Positions 1 through 7,064 of a DNA stretch of 60,151 bases are shown here, piece by piece; the stretch's first letter is position 1, and every line of letters begins with the position of its first letter. The translations under genes and the position numbers were made by a program. Source of the stretch: a virus (lineage: Duplodnaviria; Caudoviricetes); the IMG/VR virus record IMGVR_UViG_3300011334_000214, positions 1 to 60,151 of that record; one strand, written 5' to 3'. The notes under the pieces are model-generated. The model saw nothing but the letters and a program-made list of their open reading frames with translations, made no database searches and was not told the origin of the DNA.

Positions 1-114
1 GGGTACGGGTGTACATAGGTACGTGTGTACATTGGTACGGGTGTACATTGGTACGGGTGTACATTGGTACGGGTGTACCTTGGTACGGGTGTACTCAATA
101 CACTTTTAAGGGGT
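1..114. repeat. Terminal direct repeat, left copy (matches 60038-60151)
   Basis: 114 nt identical to the last 114 nt except positions 17, 24 and 79. Implies a circular assembly or terminal redundancy. Confidence 0.9.
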
Positions 115-239
115 GCACGTTGGTACGTTGGTACGTTGGTACGTTGGTACGTTGGTACGTTGGTACGTTGGTACGTTGGTACGTTGGTACGGGTGTACAT
201 TGGCACGGGTACGGGTACGGGTACGGGTACGGGGGTACG
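1..239. repeat. GTAC-rich tandem array (16-mer GGGTGTACATTGGTAC, 8-mer GTTGGTAC, 6-mer GGGTAC)
   Basis: Visible tandem units; the array continues from about 60009-60151. Confidence 0.95.
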
Positions 240-240
240 T

Positions 241-312
241 TCCAACACCTTAAGCCCCTATTTTAAGGGGCTCAATTTAATCCAACACCTTAAGCCCCTA
301 TTTTAGGGGCTC
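241..312. repeat. Two ~32-bp direct repeats (40-bp period), each with an AGCCCCT/AGGGGCT hairpin
   Basis: TCCAACACCTTAAGCCCCTATTTT(A)AGGGGCTC at 241 and 281; perfect 8-bp stem 293-300/304-311. Confidence 0.85.
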
Positions 313-333
313 GGGGTGGGGGTGTGGGGGTGT

Positions 334-870
334 TTATAGTTGTGCCTGTAAGATGCTAATTAGGGCCTTAAGTTCGTCGGGTGTTAAGGTCGTTGAAAAC
401 GTGCCCTTATCGCTCAAAGTGGCTTTTTTGCCGTGGAAACTGATTGTGAGTGGTTTATGCTTTTTAGGGGCTTTTTCATCCGCATCCGCGTCCGCGCCGT
501 TTTCACCGAACGCAATTGCATCGAGCACATTAGGCGTTGTGCCCTTTGTTTTGCACGTTTCCACGTAATTGCTCAAAATCGCGGGGGCTATCTTTGCAAG
601 GCGTTGAAGGCGTGCGATATAACTATAGGTTAAGGAAAACAAGTCCTCAAGGAACGGTTTCCACTCAACGGACGGATTCGCGTCCTTTACGACGTTCCAC
701 GCCGTTTTCTTCAGTTCGTCAACGCTCAACGCCACAAACTTTGATAGCTTAAGCGCGCGTTGGAATTGCGCAAATTCTTGATTTGCAATTACGGCGTTAA
801 TTTCGCGCGCTTCAGATACATTCCTTTTTAGTGTTGGGAATGATGCCAACATTTCGATAGCTGTTTTCAT
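334..870 (-). CDS. Hypothetical early protein, possibly DNA-binding
   Basis: 178-aa ORF with A-rich initiation region and an upstream TAnnTTTG box; helical segment LFSLTYSYIARLQRL. Confidence 0.7.
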   Translation of the reverse strand: MKTAIEMLASFPTLKRNVSEAREINAVIANQEFAQFQRALKLSKFVALSVDELKKTAWNVVKDANPSVEWKPFLEDLFSLTYSYIARLQRLAKIAPAILSNYVETCKTKGTTPNVLDAIAFGENGADADADEKAPKKHKPLTISFHGKKATLSDKGTFSTTLTPDELKALISILQAQL

Positions 871-906
871 AACTATTTATTAAAGGGTTAAATTTCGGTT
901 TCGTTG

Positions 907-921
907 GTGTATTGAGTACAC
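907..921 (-). promoter_or_regulatory. Palindromic motif GTGTACTCAATACAC in the leader of ORF 334-870
   Basis: Exact reverse complement of the copies at 89, 59934, 59958, 59981 and 60126. Confidence 0.7.
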
Positions 922-969
922 TTTGTGAGGTCGGGGTTTTTGTATTGTTTTTGTCTCATCCTCACATTA

Positions 970-977
970 CAAAAGTA
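970..977 (-). promoter_or_regulatory. Bacteroidota -7 promoter box (TACTTTTG) for the leftward early transcript
   Basis: Matches TAnnTTTG; preceded by phased GTTAA/A-tracts at 1001-1038. Confidence 0.6.
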
Positions 978-1136
978 CAAAGGGGCAACCGACTAAAAAA
1001 GTTAAGAAATGTTAAAAAGCGTTGTTAAAAAATGTTAAAAAATTACTTAAAACTTGCTTTTTTGAACTTTTTTTATAGGGCGCAAAATTTACGACCTTTT
1101 AAGGGGGTACGGGGGTAACGTCCCAACGTGGGAAAC

Positions 1137-1319
1137 GTCCAATAAAATATACGTCTAATAAAGTGGACAGTTACTTTTGGATACTGTCTAATAAATTGTA
1201 CGTCCAAAAAATTAGACGGTTTCTTTTTGATACCGTCCAAAAAATTGTACGTCTAAAAAAGTGGACGGTGGGACGGGGGTGGTTGCCGTCCAATAAATTG
1301 TACGTATAAAAAAGTGGAC
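1137..1319. repeat. Four pairs of quasi-palindromic 16-mers (consensus near GTCYAAWAAAKTGKAC)
   Basis: 32-bp units start at 1137, 1186, 1235 and 1288. Confidence 0.85.
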
Positions 1320-1464
1320 ACCCCCGACCAAATTGCCAAAAATTATATAAGTATTTTTACTAATGGATACCCCACCCCTCGAAAAAAAATTCATTTTCCG
1401 CCGAGGGCCCATCGCGCCGCGCGGCTATATAACCCCAACACTAAACACATCTAACCCTAATCAC

Positions 1465-1472
1465 TATCTTTG
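1465..1472 (+). promoter_or_regulatory. Bacteroidota -7 promoter box TATCTTTG
   Basis: TAnnTTTG directly upstream of ORF 1476. Confidence 0.55.
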
Positions 1473-1475
1473 TGA

Positions 1476-1682
1476 ATGCGTCCTAAGTTTTACACAGGTG
1501 GCTTAACGGTACGGGATGGCCGTTTAGTTAACGAGCGGATTGGTGATGGCATGACGGGCATTGGTATGGCTTGTCAGGTTTACAAAGCCAAGAAGTATGC
1601 TGAGAAAGAGGCTATGATTTCACGGGCTATTATGTCTGCTGAGATGAGCGAGTATTCTCTTGGCATGAAGAAGGAAGACTAA
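1476..1682 (+). CDS. Hypothetical protein
   Basis: 68-aa ORF between a promoter box and a terminator. Confidence 0.65.
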   Translation: MRPKFYTGGLTVRDGRLVNERIGDGMTGIGMACQVYKAKKYAEKEAMISRAIMSAEMSEYSLGMKKED

Positions 1683-1693
1683 CTTCTTACACC

Positions 1694-1724
1694 AAAAGAG
1701 AGAGGGGCATGTCCCCTCTTTTTT
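1694..1724 (+). terminator. Intrinsic terminator (possibly bidirectional)
   Basis: AGAGGGG-catgt-CCCCTCT followed by a T run and preceded by an A-rich run. Confidence 0.75.
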
Positions 1725-1876
1725 GTTTTCAATCATACTCATTCACGAGGATAGATTCTAATTCACCCCCTCTTACACCCGTCATCATACTACATAACTA
1801 CTTCATAATTTAAGAGAGCATTCAAAAGTTTTGTAGTTTCTCATATTACTTAGTCTTTTAATATGGGCTATTTTTG

Positions 1877-2064
1877 TGTCGATTATTAAAATTTAGTGTC
1901 GATTTATGTCGATTTTAGTGTCGAAAATATTAGTCTAGAGATAGTAAAAACGAAGAAATGTCGAAAATGTCGATTTTAAGTTCAGAATTTTGTGGGAAAA
2001 AAAAATCCCACACGTTAAATAATAGAGAGAGAATAAGGGAAAAACCAAAATTGACATTTGACAT
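1877..2064. repeat. Iteron-like element, copy A (6x TGTCGA plus purine-rich tract)
   Basis: TGTCGA at 1877, 1897, 1907, 1919, 1959, 1968; homologous to 50295-50481. Confidence 0.85.
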
Positions 2065-2120
2065 TTGTCGGACTTCGTTCGACTAATAGTGGAACGTTTG
2101 CATTTTCATTTTACTCTTGG

Positions 2121-2128
2121 TATATTTG
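2121..2128 (+). promoter_or_regulatory. Bacteroidota promoter of groEL (-7 TATATTTG; -33 TTTG at 2097-2100)
   Basis: Both consensus elements with a 20-bp spacer. Confidence 0.75.
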
Positions 2129-2147
2129 TGGCATCAAAATTTAATTT

Positions 2148-3779
2148 ATGGAATTTAAGTCAACAGGAATGTACAGTCCCAAGGACTTGACCTTAGGGGA
2201 CGAGGGCAGAGCTCGATTGATGAATGGCATCAGGAAGATGGCCTCTGCTGTGAAGAGCACTTTAGGGCCGAGCGGTAAGACGGTCTTGATTGAGGGTGCT
2301 GATGTGATTGGCGGATTGACGGTGACCAAGGATGGTGTTACTGTTGCCAACTCGATTCAGTTGTTAGACCCGATTGAGAACCTAGCGGTTCGTATGTTAC
2401 GTGAGGCGAGTAGCAAGACTGCTTCATCTGCGGGTGATGGCACGACGACTGCTGTTGTCTTGGCTGAGGCGTTAGTTGCTTATGGCATGGAGATTTTGGA
2501 AGCGCATCCTTCGGTGAACCGCACTGAGGTGTTGCGCAAGTTGGTGGAGATAAGCAATGAGGTGGTGGACGATTTGAGAAGGATGGCTCGCAAGTTACGC
2601 AAGCGTGAGCTCTTGGACGTAGCTATCATCTCAGCGAACAATGACAAGGTGATTGGCAAGACGATTGCTGACGTGTACGGTAAGGTTGGCGCTGATGGCA
2701 TTGTGATGGTTGAGAACTCACAGACTCCTGACACGTACTACGAGGTGACGAACGGGCTACGGATTGACAAGGGATACTTGTCGCCTGTGTTCGTGACGGA
2801 CATGAAGCGTGATGAGTGCGTGATGAATGACGTGTACGTGTTGGTTGCTGACATGGAGATTGAGAACGTGTTGCAGATTGAGCGTGTGTTGAAGCACGTG
2901 ATTGAGGCGAACAAGTCGCTGTTGATTATTGGGCCTTGTGGTCAGATGATGTTGAACACTTTGGGTGCGAACAAGGTGAAGGGACGCATTAAGGTTTGTG
3001 CGATTGATGCGCCGAGCTTTGGCTACCGTCAGGGTGAGCTGATGCAGGATATTGCGCTGAGCGTTGGTGCGAAGTACTTCAGCCACCGCACGGGTGACGA
3101 CTTGAGCATCATTGGCCCTGAGGACTTGGGGTATGTGAGCAAAGTGACTGTTGGCAATGACAAGACGGTGATGGTAGTGAGTGATGCCCATCGTGATGGT
3201 GAGGCAGTGACTGAGCGCATTGAGCAGCTGCGTGGCGCTCACACTGAGGCGGTGAGAAAAGGCGACAAGGACTTTATCATGTCTCGCATTGCGATGCTAT
3301 CAGGCAGCATTGGCGTTATCTACGTTGGTGGTAACACTGACCTTGAGCAGAAGGAATTGTACGACAGGATTGACGATGCTGTGTGCGCTGTTCGCTCCGC
3401 TCTTGAAGAGGGTATCGTTGCGGGTGGCGGTAGTGCATTGTACTACGAAGCTCGTAGGCTTGATAAGAAGCTCTCTGCTGAGACTTCTCCCTCCTCGGCA
3501 TACACTATTGCCAACAAGATAATTATGCACGCTCTACGAGCCCCATTTTTAACCCTCGTTGACAATGCGGGTTATGAGCCATCAACTCCCAATGAGCATG
3601 TTGGTGAATGGGGGTATGGATGGAACATGCGTGACGGTTCGTTTGGTAACTTGTACGACATGGGGGTGATTGACCCGTTGAAGGTAACTCGCAGTGCGTT
3701 GCAGAATGCGGTGAGTGTTGCGGTGACGGTGTTGAGTACTGATGCGATTGTAACGATGGCAAGAAGCTATGAGTCATAG
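2148..3779 (+). CDS. groEL: Phage chaperonin GroEL
   Basis: TLGP, TKDGVTVA, AGDGTTTA, EEGIVAGGG and GVIDP motifs; 543 aa; no GGM tail. Confidence 0.97.
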   Translation: MEFKSTGMYSPKDLTLGDEGRARLMNGIRKMASAVKSTLGPSGKTVLIEGADVIGGLTVTKDGVTVANSIQLLDPIENLAVRMLREASSKTASSAGDGTTTAVVLAEALVAYGMEILEAHPSVNRTEVLRKLVEISNEVVDDLRRMARKLRKRELLDVAIISANNDKVIGKTIADVYGKVGADGIVMVENSQTPDTYYEVTNGLRIDKGYLSPVFVTDMKRDECVMNDVYVLVADMEIENVLQIERVLKHVIEANKSLLIIGPCGQMMLNTLGANKVKGRIKVCAIDAPSFGYRQGELMQDIALSVGAKYFSHRTGDDLSIIGPEDLGYVSKVTVGNDKTVMVVSDAHRDGEAVTERIEQLRGAHTEAVRKGDKDFIMSRIAMLSGSIGVIYVGGNTDLEQKELYDRIDDAVCAVRSALEEGIVAGGGSALYYEARRLDKKLSAETSPSSAYTIANKIIMHALRAPFLTLVDNAGYEPSTPNEHVGEWGYGWNMRDGSFGNLYDMGVIDPLKVTRSALQNAVSVAVTVLSTDAIVTMARSYES

Positions 3780-4005
3780 GCTACATATAGAACGACGGGT
3801 GAGCTTGCCTCAGTTTGAGGCAGCTTGCCTTGGCGTTACCCTTGACGGGGAGCGCAAGATTTACTCATGCAATGCGATTGTAAAAACGCTTGAGCATGAC
3901 GGGTTATCGCTTGACGACGCAGTTGAGCATTTGTATCAAAAAGTAATTAAGTATTGGGAGGGAACTAATGGCTCTCCTGTATTTGTTTGGGAGGATTCAG
4001 AATGA
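3769..4005 (+). CDS. Hypothetical protein
   Basis: 78-aa ORF overlapping the groEL stop and groES start; YS...AVE...PVFV pattern common in phage hypotheticals. Confidence 0.7.
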   Translation: MSHRLHIERRVSLPQFEAACLGVTLDGERKIYSCNAIVKTLEHDGLSLDDAVEHLYQKVIKYWEGTNGSPVFVWEDSE

Positions 4006-4277
4006 AACCAATTGGGAAATTTATTGTCAGTCAGTTGATTGACGAGGAGGTAGAGACTGCCTCAGGCTTGGTGTTATCGGGAGATGACGTTGACAAGCTT
4101 CGGTATAGAAAAGCAACTATTGTGAAAGTAGGCACTGACGTGAAGAATATCACGGATGGCAGTGTCATTTACTTTGACAAGGCTCAGAGCTTTACGATGG
4201 TGATTGACGGGAATCAGTACACTATTCTTCGGGAGCTTGACGTAGTTCTTGTTCTAAGCGAAGGGTCTCCCGTTTAA
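4002..4277 (+). CDS. groES: Co-chaperonin GroES
   Basis: MKPIG start, TASGLVL mobile loop, VKVG, ILRELDVV; next to groEL. Confidence 0.9.
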   Translation: MKPIGKFIVSQLIDEEVETASGLVLSGDDVDKLRYRKATIVKVGTDVKNITDGSVIYFDKAQSFTMVIDGNQYTILRELDVVLVLSEGSPV

Positions 4278-4686
4278 TTTTAAAAATGTACTCCCTCATG
4301 GAGTCGAAACTTTTAGGGACTCGTTTCAGGCGTGCGGCTCGGTCGTTGTCTGCGATGAGTCTCTTTCCTTCTAACAGGTCGTATAGGTATCGAACGACGT
4401 TCTTGCCTTTGCTTGAGATTTGGTATAGGGTCATGTCGGGCTCGAACCACTTGAGGTTCTCTTTGCGTTTCTTGACGGTGTCGATGTATCCATTATCCCT
4501 AAGGTAGGTGAGCGTGGTGGGATGGAAGTTATTTATTTTGCGCCACATGTCAACGCTCTTGTAGGAGAACACTCCTTCGGAATAGATGAAGATGAGACCA
4601 TCGAGCAGGTGTGGCTTTTCAATCTTGTATTTTACACGAACGTATTTACGGAATACGTTGTAGTATTTGAGGTAATCTGATTTCAT
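4222..4686 (-). CDS. Putative winged-helix DNA-binding protein
   Basis: LRDNGYI...LYQISSKGK resembles a MarR-like wing; sole antisense gene in this arm, with its own promoter box. Confidence 0.6.
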   Translation of the reverse strand: MKSDYLKYYNVFRKYVRVKYKIEKPHLLDGLIFIYSEGVFSYKSVDMWRKINNFHPTTLTYLRDNGYIDTVKKRKENLKWFEPDMTLYQISSKGKNVVRYLYDLLEGKRLIADNDRAARLKRVPKSFDSMREYIFKIKRETLRLEQELRQAPEE

Positions 4687-4695
4687 TTTTTTTAT

Positions 4696-4716
4696 TTAAC
4701 TTTGTAGCAAAGTTAA
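4696..4716. promoter_or_regulatory. Face-to-face promoter pair forming the palindrome TTAACTTTG-TAG-CAAAGTTAA
   Basis: TAACTTTG on + (4697-4704) and on - (4708-4715) between divergent genes. Confidence 0.7.
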
Positions 4717-4724
4717 TTCATTAC

Positions 4725-5192
4725 ATGCTAACGACCAAGCAGATTATCGCCAAGTACGGAAAGCCTGACGACGATGGCAGCGAATATTTGGTTACAATAA
4801 ACCTTCCGTATCCGATGCGCTTGGCGTGGGATACCAAGACGGTAGTGACCAAGATGCGTTGTCATACGCTTGCGGCAAATAAGTTCTTGGCGGTATTCAA
4901 TGAGCTTCTTATCTCTTATGGCATTGACGAGATTAAGCGATTGGGCATTGACCTGTTTGGTGGGTGCTTCTCGTTTCGCAAGATGCGTGGTGGTAATGAC
5001 TACTCACGCCACTGTTGGGCGATTGCTATTGACCTAGACCCATCGAGGAACACGTTAAAGCAGAGCAGCAAGACGGCGCAGTTCGCTAAGCCTGAGTACA
5101 AGAAGATGGTTGACATCTTTTACAAGCATGGGTTCATCAGCTACGGTCGTGAGCGCAACTGGGATTGGATGCACTTTGAGCTTCGTGATTAA
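4725..5192 (+). CDS. Endolysin, peptidase M15 family (L-Ala-D-Glu peptidase-like)
   Basis: R...SRHCWAIAIDLD and DWMHFE zinc-binding motifs. Confidence 0.9.
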   Translation: MLTTKQIIAKYGKPDDDGSEYLVTINLPYPMRLAWDTKTVVTKMRCHTLAANKFLAVFNELLISYGIDEIKRLGIDLFGGCFSFRKMRGGNDYSRHCWAIAIDLDPSRNTLKQSSKTAQFAKPEYKKMVDIFYKHGFISYGRERNWDWMHFELRD

Positions 5193-5233
5193 TTAAGCAT
5201 TTTGAAATGATTTTTCATCCGTATATTTGCAAC

Positions 5234-5761
5234 ATGGAACAATTTAAACCAATTGAAGGATATGATGGGATTTATGAAATTTCATCGTTAGGAAATGTTG
5301 TAAGCAACTACTCAGGGAAAAGGAAGATTCTTAAGCAGTCATTGATGACTTCAGGATACAAATTTATCAGAGTAAAGAAGGATGGGAAATATAAAAACTT
5401 ATCAGTACATAGACTGATTGCAACTCATTTTTTAGAAAACCCAAATTCATACGAGCAAGTTAACCATAAAGATGGTAACAAGCTGAATAATGACATATCT
5501 AATTTAGAATGGTGCACGAGGAGTCAGAACATAAAGCACATGTATGACATGGGACTGAAGTCTTATCGGCCATTACACTATAAGGGTAAATTTGGTTCAG
5601 AGCACAATAGAAGCAAATCTGTTTTTTGTAGTAAGACAAATAAGACTTATGGGTCTATGTCAGAAGCTGCTAGAGAATTGAATATTCACTTCTCTTCAGT
5701 GTCTTGGGCTATTAAAAAAAATAAACCTATCTTTGGGATGCACTTTGAGTTGAGAGACTAA
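5234..5761 (+). CDS. NUMOD4-HNH homing endonuclease
   Basis: FKPIEGYDGIYEISSLG (NUMOD4), VHRLIA, VNHKDGNKLNNDISNLEW (HNH), C-terminal SMSEAARELN; own TATATTTG box at 5222; AT-rich. Confidence 0.92.
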   Translation: MEQFKPIEGYDGIYEISSLGNVVSNYSGKRKILKQSLMTSGYKFIRVKKDGKYKNLSVHRLIATHFLENPNSYEQVNHKDGNKLNNDISNLEWCTRSQNIKHMYDMGLKSYRPLHYKGKFGSEHNRSKSVFCSKTNKTYGSMSEAARELNIHFSSVSWAIKKNKPIFGMHFELRD

Positions 5762-5916
5762 TGGCTAAGAGTAATAAGATTTGCAAGGCGGGGATTGATT
5801 GGGCGAAGCGGACGTTTGACCGCTATCCATCTGCGTATGCCAACATGGCTGCGTCGAAGTATTGCAAAGACCCGAACTATGCCAAGGGTAAGAAGACTGT
5901 TAAAAAGAAGAAGTGA
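5761..5916 (+). CDS. Small basic protein (YPSAYAN motif)
   Basis: Own translation: MAKSNKICKAGIDWAKRTFDRYPSAYANMAASKYCKDPNYAKGKKTVKKKK; stop/start overlaps on both sides. Confidence 0.75.
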   Translation: MAKSNKICKAGIDWAKRTFDRYPSAYANMAASKYCKDPNYAKGKKTVKKKK

Positions 5917-6170
5917 TGGGTGAGTTGAAGAAATGGCGGGATGAGAAGTGGGTTCGTATCGGAACGAACGGAAAGATTATGGGTGAGTGTGGTACGAGTC
6001 CGAACAAAAAGAATCCCGACCGTTGCTTACCTTTGAAGAAGGCTAAGGCATTATCACAGGGTGAGCGTGCTGCTACTGCTCGGCTGAAGAAGTCAAAGGG
6101 TGGTAGTGGTCGTCAGTTTGTGAGTAATACGAAAGAAGCAAAAGTAACCTCTAAATACACAAAGCGATGA
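5916..6170 (+). CDS. Small basic protein (DUF5872-like)
   Basis: LKKWRDEKWV...CG...CLP..KA pattern. Confidence 0.7.
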   Translation: MGELKKWRDEKWVRIGTNGKIMGECGTSPNKKNPDRCLPLKKAKALSQGERAATARLKKSKGGSGRQFVSNTKEAKVTSKYTKR

Positions 6171-6283
6171 AAAAAATGATGATGTCCGAAAAAGCTTCCA
6201 TGAAAAAGAATGGAGCTAAACCTATGGCGAAGAAAGCTATGGCGAAGAAGGCAGTAGGCAAGAAAATGTCTAAGTCCTGCTAA
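6167..6283 (+). CDS. Very small Lys/Met/Ala-rich basic peptide
   Basis: MKKMMMSEKASMKKNGAKPMAKKAMAKKAVGKKMSKSC; ATGA and TAATG couplings. Confidence 0.6.
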   Translation: MKKMMMSEKASMKKNGAKPMAKKAMAKKAVGKKMSKSC

Positions 6284-6573
6284 TGGCTGACAAGTCAAAG
6301 ATGAAGTGCAATTCCCCTGTCAAGTCAGATAGGCAGGGGAAGAAGCGCATGGTCAAGGCTTGCAGTGGAGGTACTGAAAAGCTAATCCACTATGGCGCAG
6401 AGGGTTACGGTAACAATTACTCAGCTGCTGCGAGGAAGAGCTTTAAGGCTCGGCATAGTTGTGACACGGCGAGTAACAAGCTAACTGCTAGGTATTGGGC
6501 GTGCAAGGATTTATGGGGTGGTAAGGGAGGCAATGTTACTCCTAGTCCTAAGAATAGAAAAGGAAAGTATTGA
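6283..6573 (+). CDS. Small basic protein
   Basis: KLIHYG...ARKSFKARHSC...ARYWAC..LW pattern, widespread in phages. Confidence 0.8.
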   Translation: MADKSKMKCNSPVKSDRQGKKRMVKACSGGTEKLIHYGAEGYGNNYSAAARKSFKARHSCDTASNKLTARYWACKDLWGGKGGNVTPSPKNRKGKY

Positions 6574-6574
6574 C

Positions 6575-6859
6575 ATGGCCACTCAGAAGTTTATGGGTAA
6601 GGGTCAGTTGTTGGAGAGGCTAACGGCTCAAGTTGGTGATAGGAAATTAGCTATTGCCATTCTTCAGAAGCGGGGTCACTTGAAAGCTGACGGTAAGACA
6701 TATACTGCTGAGGGTCGCAAGAGGAACGCCATGACTGCTAGCGAGAGAGCGAAGGACAGGGCTGTTAAAAAATCAGGGGGTAATGTAGGCGACTATGTTT
6801 ACGACCCAAGTACAAATAGAGCTTCATTGAAAGCAAAATTTATAAAAGGAAAGTATTGA
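6575..6859 (+). CDS. Small basic protein
   Basis: K/R-rich ORF flanked by 17-bp direct repeats. Confidence 0.7.
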   Translation: MATQKFMGKGQLLERLTAQVGDRKLAIAILQKRGHLKADGKTYTAEGRKRNAMTASERAKDRAVKKSGGNVGDYVYDPSTNRASLKAKFIKGKY

Positions 6860-6875
6860 CTATCTTTGTGGTGTT

Positions 6876-7058
6876 ATGGCGAAAGTAGTAGTTACAGTTA
6901 ATAAGAGTCGTGGCTTGGGTGATACCATTGCAAAGGTCACACAGAAGACGGGTATTGACAAGATGGCTAAGAAGATGGCGCAGGCTGCAGGCTATGAGGA
7001 CTGTGGTTGTGACGCTCGCCGTGACACGCTCAACAGAATATTTCCATACGATAAATAA
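6876..7058 (+). CDS. Conserved Bacteroidota-phage small protein (GLGD...CGC)
   Basis: GLGDTIAKVT..GI...DCGCDARRDTLN; promoter box at 6861-6868. Confidence 0.75.
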   Translation: MAKVVVTVNKSRGLGDTIAKVTQKTGIDKMAKKMAQAAGYEDCGCDARRDTLNRIFPYDK

Positions 7059-7064
7059 ATAGAC

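Noticed and set aside
9-306. ORFs 9-266, 25-306, 59931-60146 and 59953-60135
   Set aside because: Translations of stop-free tandem repeats; no coding evidence.
1137-1319. Possible mini-CRISPR array
   Set aside because: Spacers are only 17-21 bp and two are similar to each other; repeats are internally dimeric; no cas genes.
5167-5761. Group I intron in the endolysin gene
   Set aside because: The endolysin is complete with its own stop, and there is no room or visible core structure for an intron.
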